Of a DNA stretch of 64,000 nt, positions 29,958-40,966 are shown one piece after another. Source of the stretch: Massalongia carnosa (lineage: Eukaryota); contig OZ287069.1 of the NCBI GenBank assembly GCA_965645245.1, positions 1,922,001-1,986,000 on the forward strand. The letters are read 5' to 3'. The notes beneath the pieces were generated by a model. The model saw only the letters and a program-made list of their open reading frames with translations, was not told the DNA's origin and did no database searches. Positions within the stretch are counted from its first letter, which is position 1, and every line of letters begins with the position of its first letter. A program made the translations under genes and the position numbers.

Positions 29958-31899
29958 ATCGTGCTAGACCACTTTCGGAATGCAGAGAGCACCCCTTAGT
30001 GCTTACCGGCTCAAAGACGCTACCGGCTCAAAGACGCATTTTTCAACACCTCAACATTAAAAAAATCAGACCTTCATGAAAAGACGTCCAAATAGCTTCA
30101 TTTCGGGTTTAAAATCTACTGCTCAGTCTGTTCTACTAACAGGCCCTGCCCTAGTAAAAATCGGACGTTGTCTAACTGGGTTGATGAGGCCTTTTTCCCC
30201 TTATTAGCCTCCCTTTGTTCCTTTCGTCTAGCCTTTTCTTCCTCTTTTTTTTGACGAATTGAACATAATTCTCTACATTGACTGACTTTTATGACTCCAC
30301 CCTTTGCAGCTACCTGACCCCCGAGAGCGGCCCGACTTTTACGCGATGTGGTGGCTTTTTGCACTTGCTGAAGGTCCCGCGTAGTCAAATCTAGGGTGTT
30401 GGCGGAGGTGATGGAGGCCCTAATAAATTTCTGAAAACCGTCCACTGTTTTTTTATCCATCCATCCACCGATCGGCCCGGCCGCGGTCAATGCCCTTTGC
30501 AATTTGTGACCGAATTTTCTGATTGATTCGGGGCCTCGAGGGGTGCGCTCATGAAATTGAAGAGGTAGGGGGCTCGGGGTGCGGGGTTCATTCCTAATTT
30601 CCAAGGCTGCAGCTTGCTTCTGACGAATGACGTCGAGTACCATGTTCGGATTGAATGGGACGATGCCGGTGGTCCTGAATGCATGACGAATAGTAGATGA
30701 TTTGAATGTCTTGTTGCGAAATTCCTGGAATGCGGCTAAAAATTCCAATTTTCCAAATTCCGTGTCTCCCATTCGTATCGCATGATCAATGGCCTCAGCA
30801 TGATAGTGTTTGTACGGCTGAAAAACACCTACATCTAACGGCTGAGTCAAATGAGTAGAATGTGCTGGAAGACGAAATAGAACGATCTGATTTTCAGTGG
30901 CCAGCTTCAAAAACGGAATGGTTGAATGAGACCCAAACCCGTCGATGACTAGAAGTAGCCAAGCTCCACGTCTTTTAGTCCGTGTATGCTCGATGAAATG
31001 ACGAAGCCAATCCATGGCTAAATCGTCATTTGAATAGCCGGTCTCGCTGGTCCCAATCAACGTCTCTCCGTCGAGATCGTTGTGTTGACACCATTTATGA
31101 AGAATATGAATACCCGAAAGAATAAGTAATGGTGGAATAACGTCACCGGCCGAGCTGATACACTCTACAGAAGTAATGTAGTCACGATTATCCGGATCAG
31201 TCATACGAAGAGGCTTTCGTGGGTCCAAGGTGATTACTATTTGAGCTCGTCCGCATCCAATTCGAAAGCCTGTTTCGTCCATATTCCATACATCCAGCTC
31301 CGTTATTCCCTTTTCCCTCATCACCCTTTCTAATTTGCTGAAATATTCAACCATATCGTTAACGTCGTGACTATTTTTTCGATCGACTGCGAGAGGCTTC
31401 TGTTTTCGTACATGAAGCTCGGGATTTCGATCAAGAAATCGCTTCAGCCACTGATGACCAAGAGTACGATTCTCAAAACGAATCAGATAATTTGCAGCCC
31501 CCACGATCAATTTGGGTCGCGCACACATGTTGGCCTTGTCCAATCGCTCGATGTAGTCACGAACAGCTTGTTCTTGCTCATCCGTCAGAGCTTTGTTGGT
31601 ACTAGGTCGACTGCTTTTGGAGTTGCCTCCATTCCATCGTTTTTGAACCGTACGAGGGGCAACGTCAAAAGCTATAGCTGCAGCTCGACAATTAGTATAC
31701 AAACCATCATGTAACGCGTCAATTGCACTGTCAATTCGATCCTCGATAGCTGAATATGAATTGACCATTATGTTGTTGATTGTTGACGTGTCGAAGTTGA
31801 GGTGTAAAATGTTGAAAATGCGTCTTTGAGCCGGTAGCGTCTTTGAGCCGGTAAGCACTAAGGGGTGCTCTCTGCATTCCGAAAGTGGTCTAGCACGAT
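29958..31899 (-). mobile_element. pogo/Fot1-family DNA transposon (element C, nested, apparently intact, 1942 bp)
   Basis: Perfect 85-bp TIRs at 29958-30042 and 31815-31899 (ATCGTGCTAGACCACTTTCGG...). TA at 29956-29957 and 31900-31901. Confidence 0.97.
30116..31768 (-). CDS. Intact DD35D pogo/Fot1 transposase, 550 aa
   Basis: Uninterrupted ORF from MVNSYSAIEDR. HTH/CENP-B-like N-terminus; WNMDETGF, LVIDGFGSH and QPLDVGVF, with 35 residues between the 2nd and 3rd Asp. Confidence 0.95.
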   Translation of the reverse strand: MVNSYSAIEDRIDSAIDALHDGLYTNCRAAAIAFDVAPRTVQKRWNGGNSKSSRPSTNKALTDEQEQAVRDYIERLDKANMCARPKLIVGAANYLIRFENRTLGHQWLKRFLDRNPELHVRKQKPLAVDRKNSHDVNDMVEYFSKLERVMREKGITELDVWNMDETGFRIGCGRAQIVITLDPRKPLRMTDPDNRDYITSVECISSAGDVIPPLLILSGIHILHKWCQHNDLDGETLIGTSETGYSNDDLAMDWLRHFIEHTRTKRRGAWLLLVIDGFGSHSTIPFLKLATENQIVLFRLPAHSTHLTQPLDVGVFQPYKHYHAEAIDHAIRMGDTEFGKLEFLAAFQEFRNKTFKSSTIRHAFRTTGIVPFNPNMVLDVIRQKQAAALEIRNEPRTPSPLPLQFHERTPRGPESIRKFGHKLQRALTAAGPIGGWMDKKTVDGFQKFIRASITSANTLDLTTRDLQQVQKATTSRKSRAALGGQVAAKGGVIKVSQCRELCSIRQKKEEEKARRKEQREANKGKKASSTQLDNVRFLLGQGLLVEQTEQ

Positions 31900-33858
31900 T
31901 AAAACGGATCCCAAAGATGAAACACATTCAATCATTGAAACCCAGTCCCTATTACCCGAATGGACGTTGAATGCTTCAGCTTCAGTGACTTTTACTAACA
32001 CTTTGGAGCTATCGGCGATGCCCATGGCAAACCCTTTTCATCCATGTTGTATACATCTCCGTCGGCTATTCCATACTTCGTTCGGGTAGTCGAGTATAAT
32101 TGATACCAGTCTTTTATGATATCAACGTTTCCAGCATCTTTTCGGACTTGATCCAGATTTCTACTGTGTTTGCACTTGAAATCAGGGTGTCTCTTTAAAA
32201 AATTCTGATACCAACAATGACCCAAAGGCTCGCTATCGCCCTTCGCATTCAGAAGATTTTTTGCCATGCTTTCTAGATGTTGTATGCGTGGGGGCCAGCC
32301 CCACTCGGTCATCTGTTCTATCCAGCCAATCAGAGCCCTTTCCTCAATTACTGATAATCGTTGAGACTCTTCATGATAGGTTTTGGCTGATTTCCGACCG
32401 TGAATACGTGCTTGAAGGGTAGATCTAGGCACGTTATACTCCTTAGCTAATTGACGCTGAGATATAGCAGGATTTCTTTTCAACTCAGCGATAGCTAATT
32501 CCATTCTAGTATCAGAACTATTAACATCAATGATGGTTTCATTTGATGAGGCCATGGTGGTGTGGTACAAGATGCAAGGCGAAAAAGTTGAAATTTTGGT
32601 GTTGGTTTTGGTGGGTGGCCCGAATGGGTAGCTGGCCCGATTGGCTAGTAAATACGTTACTCCGTACAGTACACGGTGTACTCGCAGTAGTTGCTCCGTA
32701 CTCCGTACTCTGCCCTCTACGCTGGAGATGGAGTACAGAATCTGTTCACCGAGGAATCCCTGCTTTCGCTTTCACTTTTCCACCGAAAAGAAAGAAAAGA
32801 AAAGAAAACGCCCCGCGAGTGTGGAGATTTCGGTTAGAACGCCAATCAGATAACGAGTTTCACGTGCCGCGACCGTTGCGCAACCGTGGCCCACCATAAT
32901 CGCTGTCCCTCCTTTATTACCTTATTGCGCCTTGAAACATCCTCGAGCGGACATTTCCGTACTTTTATCATGCCAACCCGGTATCCATACAGAGGTACCT
33001 CGTACCTGGACTCTGTACCATACACACAACCCGGTACACCGTGCAGATGGCCCAACGTACAGAGTACAGAGTACAATTCAACTTCATTACTGCAAGGTAC
33101 GTGTACAAGGGTCGCCCGGCTCTTTCAGTCTTCATAGGTCTTCCGTTCTCTGTACAGAGTTCGTGGTATCGGAACAAGCACGGAGAGTAACACATGTAAT
33201 ACCTAATACCTCTCATCCCTCATTTCATTCCAGTCTGGAAAAACGACAGCTTCAAAATTGTCGTTACTAGCCTCATACGCCTTGAACTGCTCGGCCTGGC
33301 CTAGTACGCTGTATCGTCCTTCCAGCGGTGTCGAAAGCACCCATATCTTCCTTGCCCCTTTCCCCCAACCTAATCATCTTTCCTCCTGGTGGGAATCACT
33401 CTTCATAGACGTCTCTCTTCTCCTTCTCTCTGCCTCTCATATTCTGTACATAATAACTTAGAGGAACTACACGTACTCGGTGTGTTGCTGCGACGGACTC
33501 ACGAGGCGGACAGTGTGCCGTCCCGGATGTTTCAAGCTATTGTTTGCGCTTTTTCCTTCGACTTTGCCCTGTGGGCGCATGAGAAACACGGATGATCTGG
33601 CCTAGACCTTATATGCGATGACTTCTGTACTAGATCGCTTACATAGCAACACCTTACCATCTCTCTTGCCATTCCGCTTCCACTGCCTGACACAGACGTC
33701 CTGACGCCCAGTTTTACGCTGTACTGCGGTGGAAGCGAAGCACAACCCATTGGTCTTTCGAAGTCGTTTATACCCGAGGATCCCGGTGGTTGGGACGCTC
33801 TCAACCACTGTGCAGCTGAAACATCTGTCGAACGGTCCAACGAGAAAGCTATATACAC

Positions 33859-36800
33859 ATGGCTGCCTCGAATCCAGCCGGGTGTGAATGGCTTTCGCCG
33901 CTGAGAATGTCAGACATCGACTTCGACGGGGGGACGGACGACGAGATGGACGGGAAGCCCCCGGTACACCCGGTGCCGACCATGCAGGGCGCTTTTGAGG
34001 AGTCGATGAAGGAGACTTTAGAGGACAACGACGAACCGGATCCTTCCGATCGGTATTCCACCGCAGACTCCATCAGCAGACGGAAAATGTTGCTGGAGCA
34101 GGAAGAATACGAAAGAACCGTGGCAGGAAGATGGAAACAGAAACCAGGCGAAAAGTTCCATCCGCTGTGGAAATTAGTCGCCCAAATATCTTTTGGTATG
34201 CATTTATTACAGCAAGGCCTCGCGAAGTCGGACGAAGAAGTCATCAAAATCCTGCAAACTCATGTCGACGAAGTGGATGGTTTTCTTGAACGAACAACGG
34301 AGGATTTCGATCTAGCCCAAGGCGACATCAACGAGCGCATTCGATACCTTCGTTTACCTTTGGAGCATGGCGAAGTCTTCGATGGCATGCTCAATGACCG
34401 AAATTTTCGTATCGCCATTGTAGAAGGTAACGAAAAGATCGAGCATATAATTGATCGCACCGCCGCAGCCATGAATGATGCTTTGAAGGATGTCCAAAAA
34501 GGATTGGATGCAACAAGGGAGCTAGCTAAATACCTCACGAAAGTGGACAAGAAATGGGATGATCGATCGGAAGAGCATAACTCGGTATATTTAGCCATGA
34601 TCGGTAACACGGAAGGGTGGACCCGCGCCTTTCTGACTCTCCAGTCCAAAGGAAGCACCCTGCGTAAAGCATTAGTTCAGCTCCAGGGCATTGTCGCGGA
34701 GATGCAGAAAAGGGCAGGTGCTGCAAGTCGAAAGAACCTAGTAAATCACCGTACGGTGCTTAGCAGTATTTTAGGGTGACTAACTGAATGACAGGTACCT
34801 GTCAAGTCGATAAATGGTAGATACTACGTGGAGATACCATCAACAAGCATTCATCATTCTCAGACTCCCCCTCGATCACCGCATAAACCCCTTCCTGAAG
34901 CTCCTAATCCTACGGTTCCGCCCCTTTCGATCCAGAAACCCCCCAACTTAAGAGTAAGAACATCGGGCAAGAGTTCTAAGCGCAAGGAACCTTCCTCTCC
35001 GTATATCGAACAAGCAATGGCAGCGAAAAGAATGGAGCCAGTGATGCGGGTCACTAGCTCCGAGCGATCTATTTCGGTAAAAAGTCCGGACTCAACGCCG
35101 TCATTAAGAGGGATAGAGCCAGTGCAACCTACCAAAGGGGCAGAAACAGCGCCGGCAACCAGAGGGATAGACTCAACGCCATCTGCCAAAGAGGTAGAGC
35201 CGGTACCGTCACCAAACGAGGTTGGCTTCACGCCAGTACCTGAAGGAGCAGAGGCAGTCCGATCGCCCAAAAGCGCCGAACTAAGGACATCAACCAAAGG
35301 AATGGGTTTAAATCCGCCAGATAAACCCGTAGATCCAACACCGGCAGCTAGCGTCGCACAGCCAGCGCCGCCGATTCCAGCTAGGTCCTTGTCGCGAAGA
35401 ACGTCTATGTCTGATCGAAGACGATCGATGACTCGCAAGCTGTCGTTCTTCAAGGACAACGGGAATGATAGAAACTCCTCAAGCACCAACCTCATCGTTC
35501 ACGCCCCTCATCAGGAACAGACGCCAAAGACACAGAATACTTCTCTACTTAGACGGCTGTCGTCTAGGAAAAGAGCTGCGATGAGCGTGTCTGTGTACTC
35601 TTCGAGCCCGTCTACTCCAACAAGACGTAAAGAGAGCCCTGTTCCCCGCGAAGCAAGTCCGCCAGTAGTTTCACCTTCTGGTGAACCTGTGCCGCCACAA
35701 AGCACTTATGGATCAATTTCCTTCCTGCCGATGCATCCATTGATATCACCAATGCAAGACACTTTCCCTAGCGATCTGGAGCCTTCATCGCATTCGCACA
35801 GTCGATCGCACAGCCGATCACAAAGCTACCATAAAGTAATTGTTCCGCTGTCAGAGAATCATACTGAGGGCAGCGACAGCACCACTCATCCGCTGTTCAG
35901 GAACTCGAGGCAAAATTTAGATCGCAGTACTAATCTCTCTCAACCTTTTTTGACAACCTCTGGAAACGAAAAGAACAACGCATCCAATGTTTCTCGTCCG
36001 TCTGTGGATGATATGAACAATACCAATGTCAGCACTTACTCTACCCACCCCTTACTTGTTACTGCTCCGGAAGTACCTGATAGCAAAGGCAAACCTTTCC
36101 TTCCGCCCTTGGATACTGTAGGCCAGTCGGCCAAGGGAAGTGCTTCCAATTCCGCTTTATTACAAAACCAAAGTAGGAACCCAGAGGATGTGGACGATCT
36201 TGCAGATGTCATCCGAACCCATTCCTTAGTTGTCGCCGCTATGAATAAAAGTGAAAACGATCTCAATAACTTACGCCTAGCTAACCCCCCAGCGCGCACG
36301 GAGCTTAAGGAGCCTGCGAGTCCTTCTCATCCTTTGCTTTTGGAAGGTCGGCACATGAAATTTGCTTCTAAACTGCCATCCTTGGCCCCGCCAAGGTATC
36401 CAAGCCGGGATCTCCCACTTCGCCACTACCGCAGCCAAGAAATTTTATATTCCAAGGGCCTCAGTTTATCGCGACAAGATGATACAAAGTCTTCGCATAA
36501 ACGGTCGAGCTCTCTTTATCAACGCGGCACTACGCACCTATCGTCCTCAGTTGGCTCCCCTCCGTTACCCACAACCCTGTCCCCTGCTCCTGCTCATTCG
36601 TCGGCCACCCCTTCCCCACTTCACATCGTCTCTCTACCGCCAACTGCTTCTCTTCAACCCAGGGATTCAAACACAGCGTCTAGTTTTCCTGTCGGCCCCA
36701 ATTCTTCCACTAAGATATCTGGCGTAGGCGGAGATGCCACCCCTTCCCCTATTAAGCTGCGCCGTCCACTTACCCTAGAGACAAATCCAAGCCTATACAC

Positions 36801-37638
36801 GACGCCAGCCGAAACCAAAGCCGTTACTCCCATCGAACTCCAGGGTCCCGCCCCAGCAGATCTAGACACCACACCAATCACGGCTAAAAATTGCGAAATA
36901 TACACCCCACCGGCGAACCCGTCCCCTTCTACGAAGTATAAAACATCAGCAACAAACAACGTTCCCTTCTATCTCAACCCTGCGTCGTCGGCCGCCCTTC
37001 TCGAGTTCCTAGCCTCTACCCCTCCGCCGTCCCCTCCAAACCCAGATAAATCGCAAACCCTTCCCCTGAAGCCCGTCACCTCCCCAACAGGCCAGCGAGA
37101 TTACCTTTCCGAACCCCTATCTGCCCCTACCCTAGCCGCACCTCCCCCTCCTCCATCCGGCCCTATCCCGCGCCCACTACCTGTCACATTCTCACCTGAC
37201 GGTCCGAAAGTCATCCCCATTCCGTCCATTACGGAAAAGAAAATTAGCGGCTGGAAAAAGGTCTTTCGTGTCGGAAGCGGCAGCGGCAGCGCGCTGGCGA
37301 AAAAGAACCCAAAGCCTGCTAAGGGAGGCGTCCTGGTGATTGGGGAACCGCAACCTATCGTCGCCGCGGACAAGAAATCCAAGCCAAAGGCAAAAAAAGG
37401 TAGCGAGAGATGGGAAGCCCCGAGCCGGAGGAGCGGACATCATCGAAAGAGCCACAGTGGAGGAGCACAGAGCAAAAGCACTGGGAATGTAAATGGGAAT
37501 AGTGATGGAGCTGATAGCCGCAACAGAACTGAGGATAGGGAGGCGAATGGCGCGAAGATGAAGGAGGCGGAAGGCGGGTTCATGGGTGTAGGAAAGGATG
37601 GCGTGTGGATTAGCCGGAAGAATTTCTTAAAAACGTAA
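33859..37638 (+). CDS. Uncharacterised protein: helical N-terminal domain plus a long Ser/Pro-rich disordered region (~1240 aa)
   Basis: 306-aa and 936-aa ORFs joined in frame by intron 34741-34794 (GTAAAT..CTAAC..ACAG). Folded-looking HPLWKLVAQISFGMHLL..VDEVDGFLERTTEDFDLA segment and short C-terminal motif FMGVGKDGVWISRKNF. Confidence 0.8.
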
Positions 37639-38965
37639 GGTTTTGGATGGGGGGGGAGTTTCTTTTTTGGCTCAAGACAGCGGTACCGTGCTCGGTTTTG
37701 GAGACCTTTCGTTTTTATTCGGAAGGCGCGGGAGGACAAAGCAAGCTCGGTTTTATTTACTGAATTAAAACGGGATCTAGAATCTTTTCTTTCCCTTGGG
37801 ATTTTTTTTTTGTGCATATCAAACTCCGCAGTTTTGGAAACTTAATTTCCCCTTGGCCGTTTTTTTTTTTTGTTTTCTCTCCTTCGTCTATCCATTCTTT
37901 TCCCTTCTCGCTCCTGCTCTCTCGTCATTAATAGTCCTTCTAACCAACCAACCTACCAACGCACTCTACCTCTTCCTCCTACCTTACCTAGTAGCTATCT
38001 ACCTACCTACCTAGGCACCCATCTATCTCTCTAATCTTCCCTACCCAGTACTTATGTATTCATCCATCCGGTCACGTACAGCACCTCTTCTCCCCTCCTA
38101 AATAGAACAAACGTGTAAATAAATAAACAAACCCAACATGAAACAGAGTGTATGCATGTATCTCCGCTGACCCCTTTCCGTTTCCCAACACCACCATCAT
38201 CATCACGCCCGTCCCCGCATTTTGTCACTCATCTTCTCGCTCTCAAGTAAGCATCCCCGCCTCTTGCCCTCCTCGCCGTGTACGCACGTAATTCCTCCCG
38301 TCCTGGAGCCGAGCTGCGAACCAGTAGAGAAGGCCGCGAACTGGCTACCTACCGGCCTGAAAACTCAAACGGGCCAAGAAAAAAGGAAAGAAAGGCTCGT
38401 CTTTGCCTACCAACGCTCAAGCCTGTGTGTGGAGCTTGGGAAACGCGCTCTACGTGTGTTTTGGTGCGGACAGGGAGTGTTGCTTTTGCAGGCTGCTACC
38501 TGTTTGAGTATTTCTCTTGCCTTGGTGGTGGGGATAGGGGGGGTTTTAATGAGAGGTGGATTAACAGAGGTAGGTATTGTACATCGCTCCGCTGCGGGAA
38601 CTTGGGAGCGGGAGGGAGGGATTGATGGATGGAATAGGGGTTCTAGCTTTCTCTTATTTTATTTTTTTTAAAAAGAAGAATAAAACCAGGCTGATGACAG
38701 GAGAGGGAGAGGAACGAACGAGAAGGGGATTTTTGTGACGTTATCTAATTGAGAAGAAAAATACGGAGAAGAGGATAATAGAATAGATAGGTAGATATGG
38801 GAGGCGGCGAGGGGTAAAGATGGGTTTGATTTTTCCGGCTGGGTGGCTTAAAATATGCCACTTTGCTAAAACTGGACGAGGATTCTCTAGATTATAAGTT
38901 TACCTAATAATCAGTAGCTAGAAAGAGGATGAAAGGGAGGACGGAGGGGGAGAGGGATTTCAATT

Positions 38966-40639
38966 TCATTTGCAACGCTTTTCCACAATGCTGGGCCCGT
39001 GCTCGTCGTATTCTTTTTTAGAGATCCACATCTAGAAATCCCACCGGTTGAGTGATTAGTCTTTTGAGTTGTTGATTTTCGTCGCTTGTCCCCACCGGGA
39101 TGCTATGTAGTCTTGGAGAATAAGAAAGAAAGAAAGGGGGAAACGCAAGGGAAATCTCGTACCTGGTGGAAAGTGCCCAGGCTCGCTAATATGCTCCCTC
39201 CGATCCAACTGGCGAATCTCCTCTCTGCCGTGTTCCCCGGCGCTGTAACCTTCACCTTGGGCGCTGGGTACAGGGTTACAAGCTCATGGTTCAGGCGTTC
39301 CGTAAATCCATACAGCAATGACGATCCTCCCGTGACCACCACGTTCCCCAAAAGGTGTGGGCGGACATCCACATCAACCTGCGACAAAGAAGACTGGATT
39401 AGCGCCGGCAGAGTCTGGCTTTGCGACGGTGCTGGGTTCGCAGGATCGGCAAGTGCCATTTTGGCATCGAAAATGCCTTCGGCAGCTCGGTAGCGTTCCG
39501 CGCCAAACATCTGGTTCCATCCATCAGGCATCTCAAAGGGTTGGCCCGGCATTGCTTTCGCGAGGTCTTCATTGGTGCCGCCGTTGGCAGCGTTGGCGCT
39601 AAGCCGGCCTGGTCCAGGCCAGACCTTGACAACAGACTCCTTAAACTCGGTGAGCACGCGCTCCTCTTGGAGGTAGCGGAAAGACTGGGCGGGGGCAACG
39701 GAAGGGTGAAAGGTGCGGTAGTTGGCTTGGGCGGGCACGCCGGCGTCGACGGGAGTTTTGGAGGTGATAAGATAGTGTGGGGTGAGGGTGATGGGAGGTT
39801 GCGAGGTGGAGAAGAGAAGTCGCAATTGGTTGGAGATGAAGTTACCAGCTAGATGAGAGCGGGTAACGCCCTTTTTTAGGATGATACCGTCGTGCACGGG
39901 GGTGATACTAATATTAGATGCGCCAACGTCGATTACAAGTGCAGTGGGCTTTCCAGCGGAGAATCTAGGAATTGGTAGAGTGTTAGTGTAGTCAACGGAA
40001 AGTTGGAGTTGCTACTCACGCCGTCAAGGCGCCAGCCCGAGCAAGCCAGTACGCTGGACAGCCCCAGTTCTCCATGGCTATTTCGATTCCCTTTTCTCGA
40101 TTCTTTCCTGCATTCCAGCCAGGTTCCGTCATCAGCAACGGGTTTTCTTCCAACGGTTTCTCTTGCTCTTCTACCATCTCTACCTTAGCGTCTAGGTCAT
40201 CTGATTTATCGTTTAGTCCGTTCGTAAAAGGATTCTCAGGCTTCGCGCTCGTAAGTCGTGATGTAATGGCGTATTCCCATAATTTTGTGGCCGTTACCCA
40301 ATCTTCCACTATGCCGTCCTTGGACATGGAGTTTCCAATCGAGATGTTTGGAAGGGGCGTATGTATGGCATTATCGCCAAAGACGTATTTGCGGTCTGAT
40401 CCTAAGTTGCCTGAAGGGACCATGCCATAGTAAGAGGATGTTACTGATTTTGGTACGTCTTCTCCTGCGAACCCGGCGCGCGTGCTTGAGTATCCAGGGT
40501 CAAGTACCAGGGCCGAAACCTCATCTACCCATTCCTTCATATCAGCCCTCTGTATGTATGTAGGTATTATGGAGCTCTACCTACCGCCACCGTACTCGAC
40601 ATTGGAAGGAGCAATGGTCGTGCTTGGAACAGTAGCCAT
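38966..40639 (-). CDS. ARP4: Nuclear actin-related protein Arp4
   Basis: [101 protein letters not shown]. Confidence 0.93.
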
Positions 40640-40966
40640 AGCAAAGATGAAATTTCGCCGCAGGCGTCAATTCCTTGGCTAGGTGAGTTATATATGGTAA
40701 TGAGTAGGCGCCTCTGAGCTATCAATGAATATTATCTTCATAATAAAAGTAAGAATCTAAGCGCAAAGCACATTGAGGTGCTATCTGTGTGCTGGGCTGA
40801 ACATTTTGTCATGGCCCATTCCAAAACCTTCTGTTCATCACCGTTAAAGATAACTAACGTACTAAAGCTGTTCCTGCAGCGGATGATCGACGGCAAGCTT
40901 CCACGCTTCCACGCATTAGCAAAAAGCTCTTAGCCGAAATACATCCACCAAACCGCTCAACATGAG

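Larger units (their letters stand above)
29032..32555 (-). pseudogene. Split transposase of element B
   Basis: HTH region SQRQLAKEYNVPRSTLQARIHG and YNMDEKG in 31900-32555 (1-bp frameshift near 32030). Continues after element C as PAYFIFQG..NGWTTNEIALHWL..LILDGHESH..QPLDVGVF to the stop at 29032. Confidence 0.92.
28907..32657 (-). mobile_element. pogo/Fot1-family DNA transposon (element B, outer), interrupted by element C
   Basis: TIRs 28907-28959 and 32606-32657 (ACGTATTTACTAGCCAA..CGGGCCAGCTACCC..; 2 substitutions + 1 indel). TA at 28905-28906 and 32658-32659. Confidence 0.95.

Noticed and set aside
31769..31927. N-terminal 53 aa of the 603-aa ORF in the track
   Set aside because: This stretch starts in element B sequence and runs through C's TIR; the real start is most likely ATG 31768.
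34260..37817. Numerous antisense and alternate-frame ORFs over long genes
   Set aside because: Shadow ORFs expected opposite real coding sequence; no independent motifs.
37960..38015. (TACC)n tract, also near 45915 and 54078
   Set aside because: Ordinary short microsatellites.
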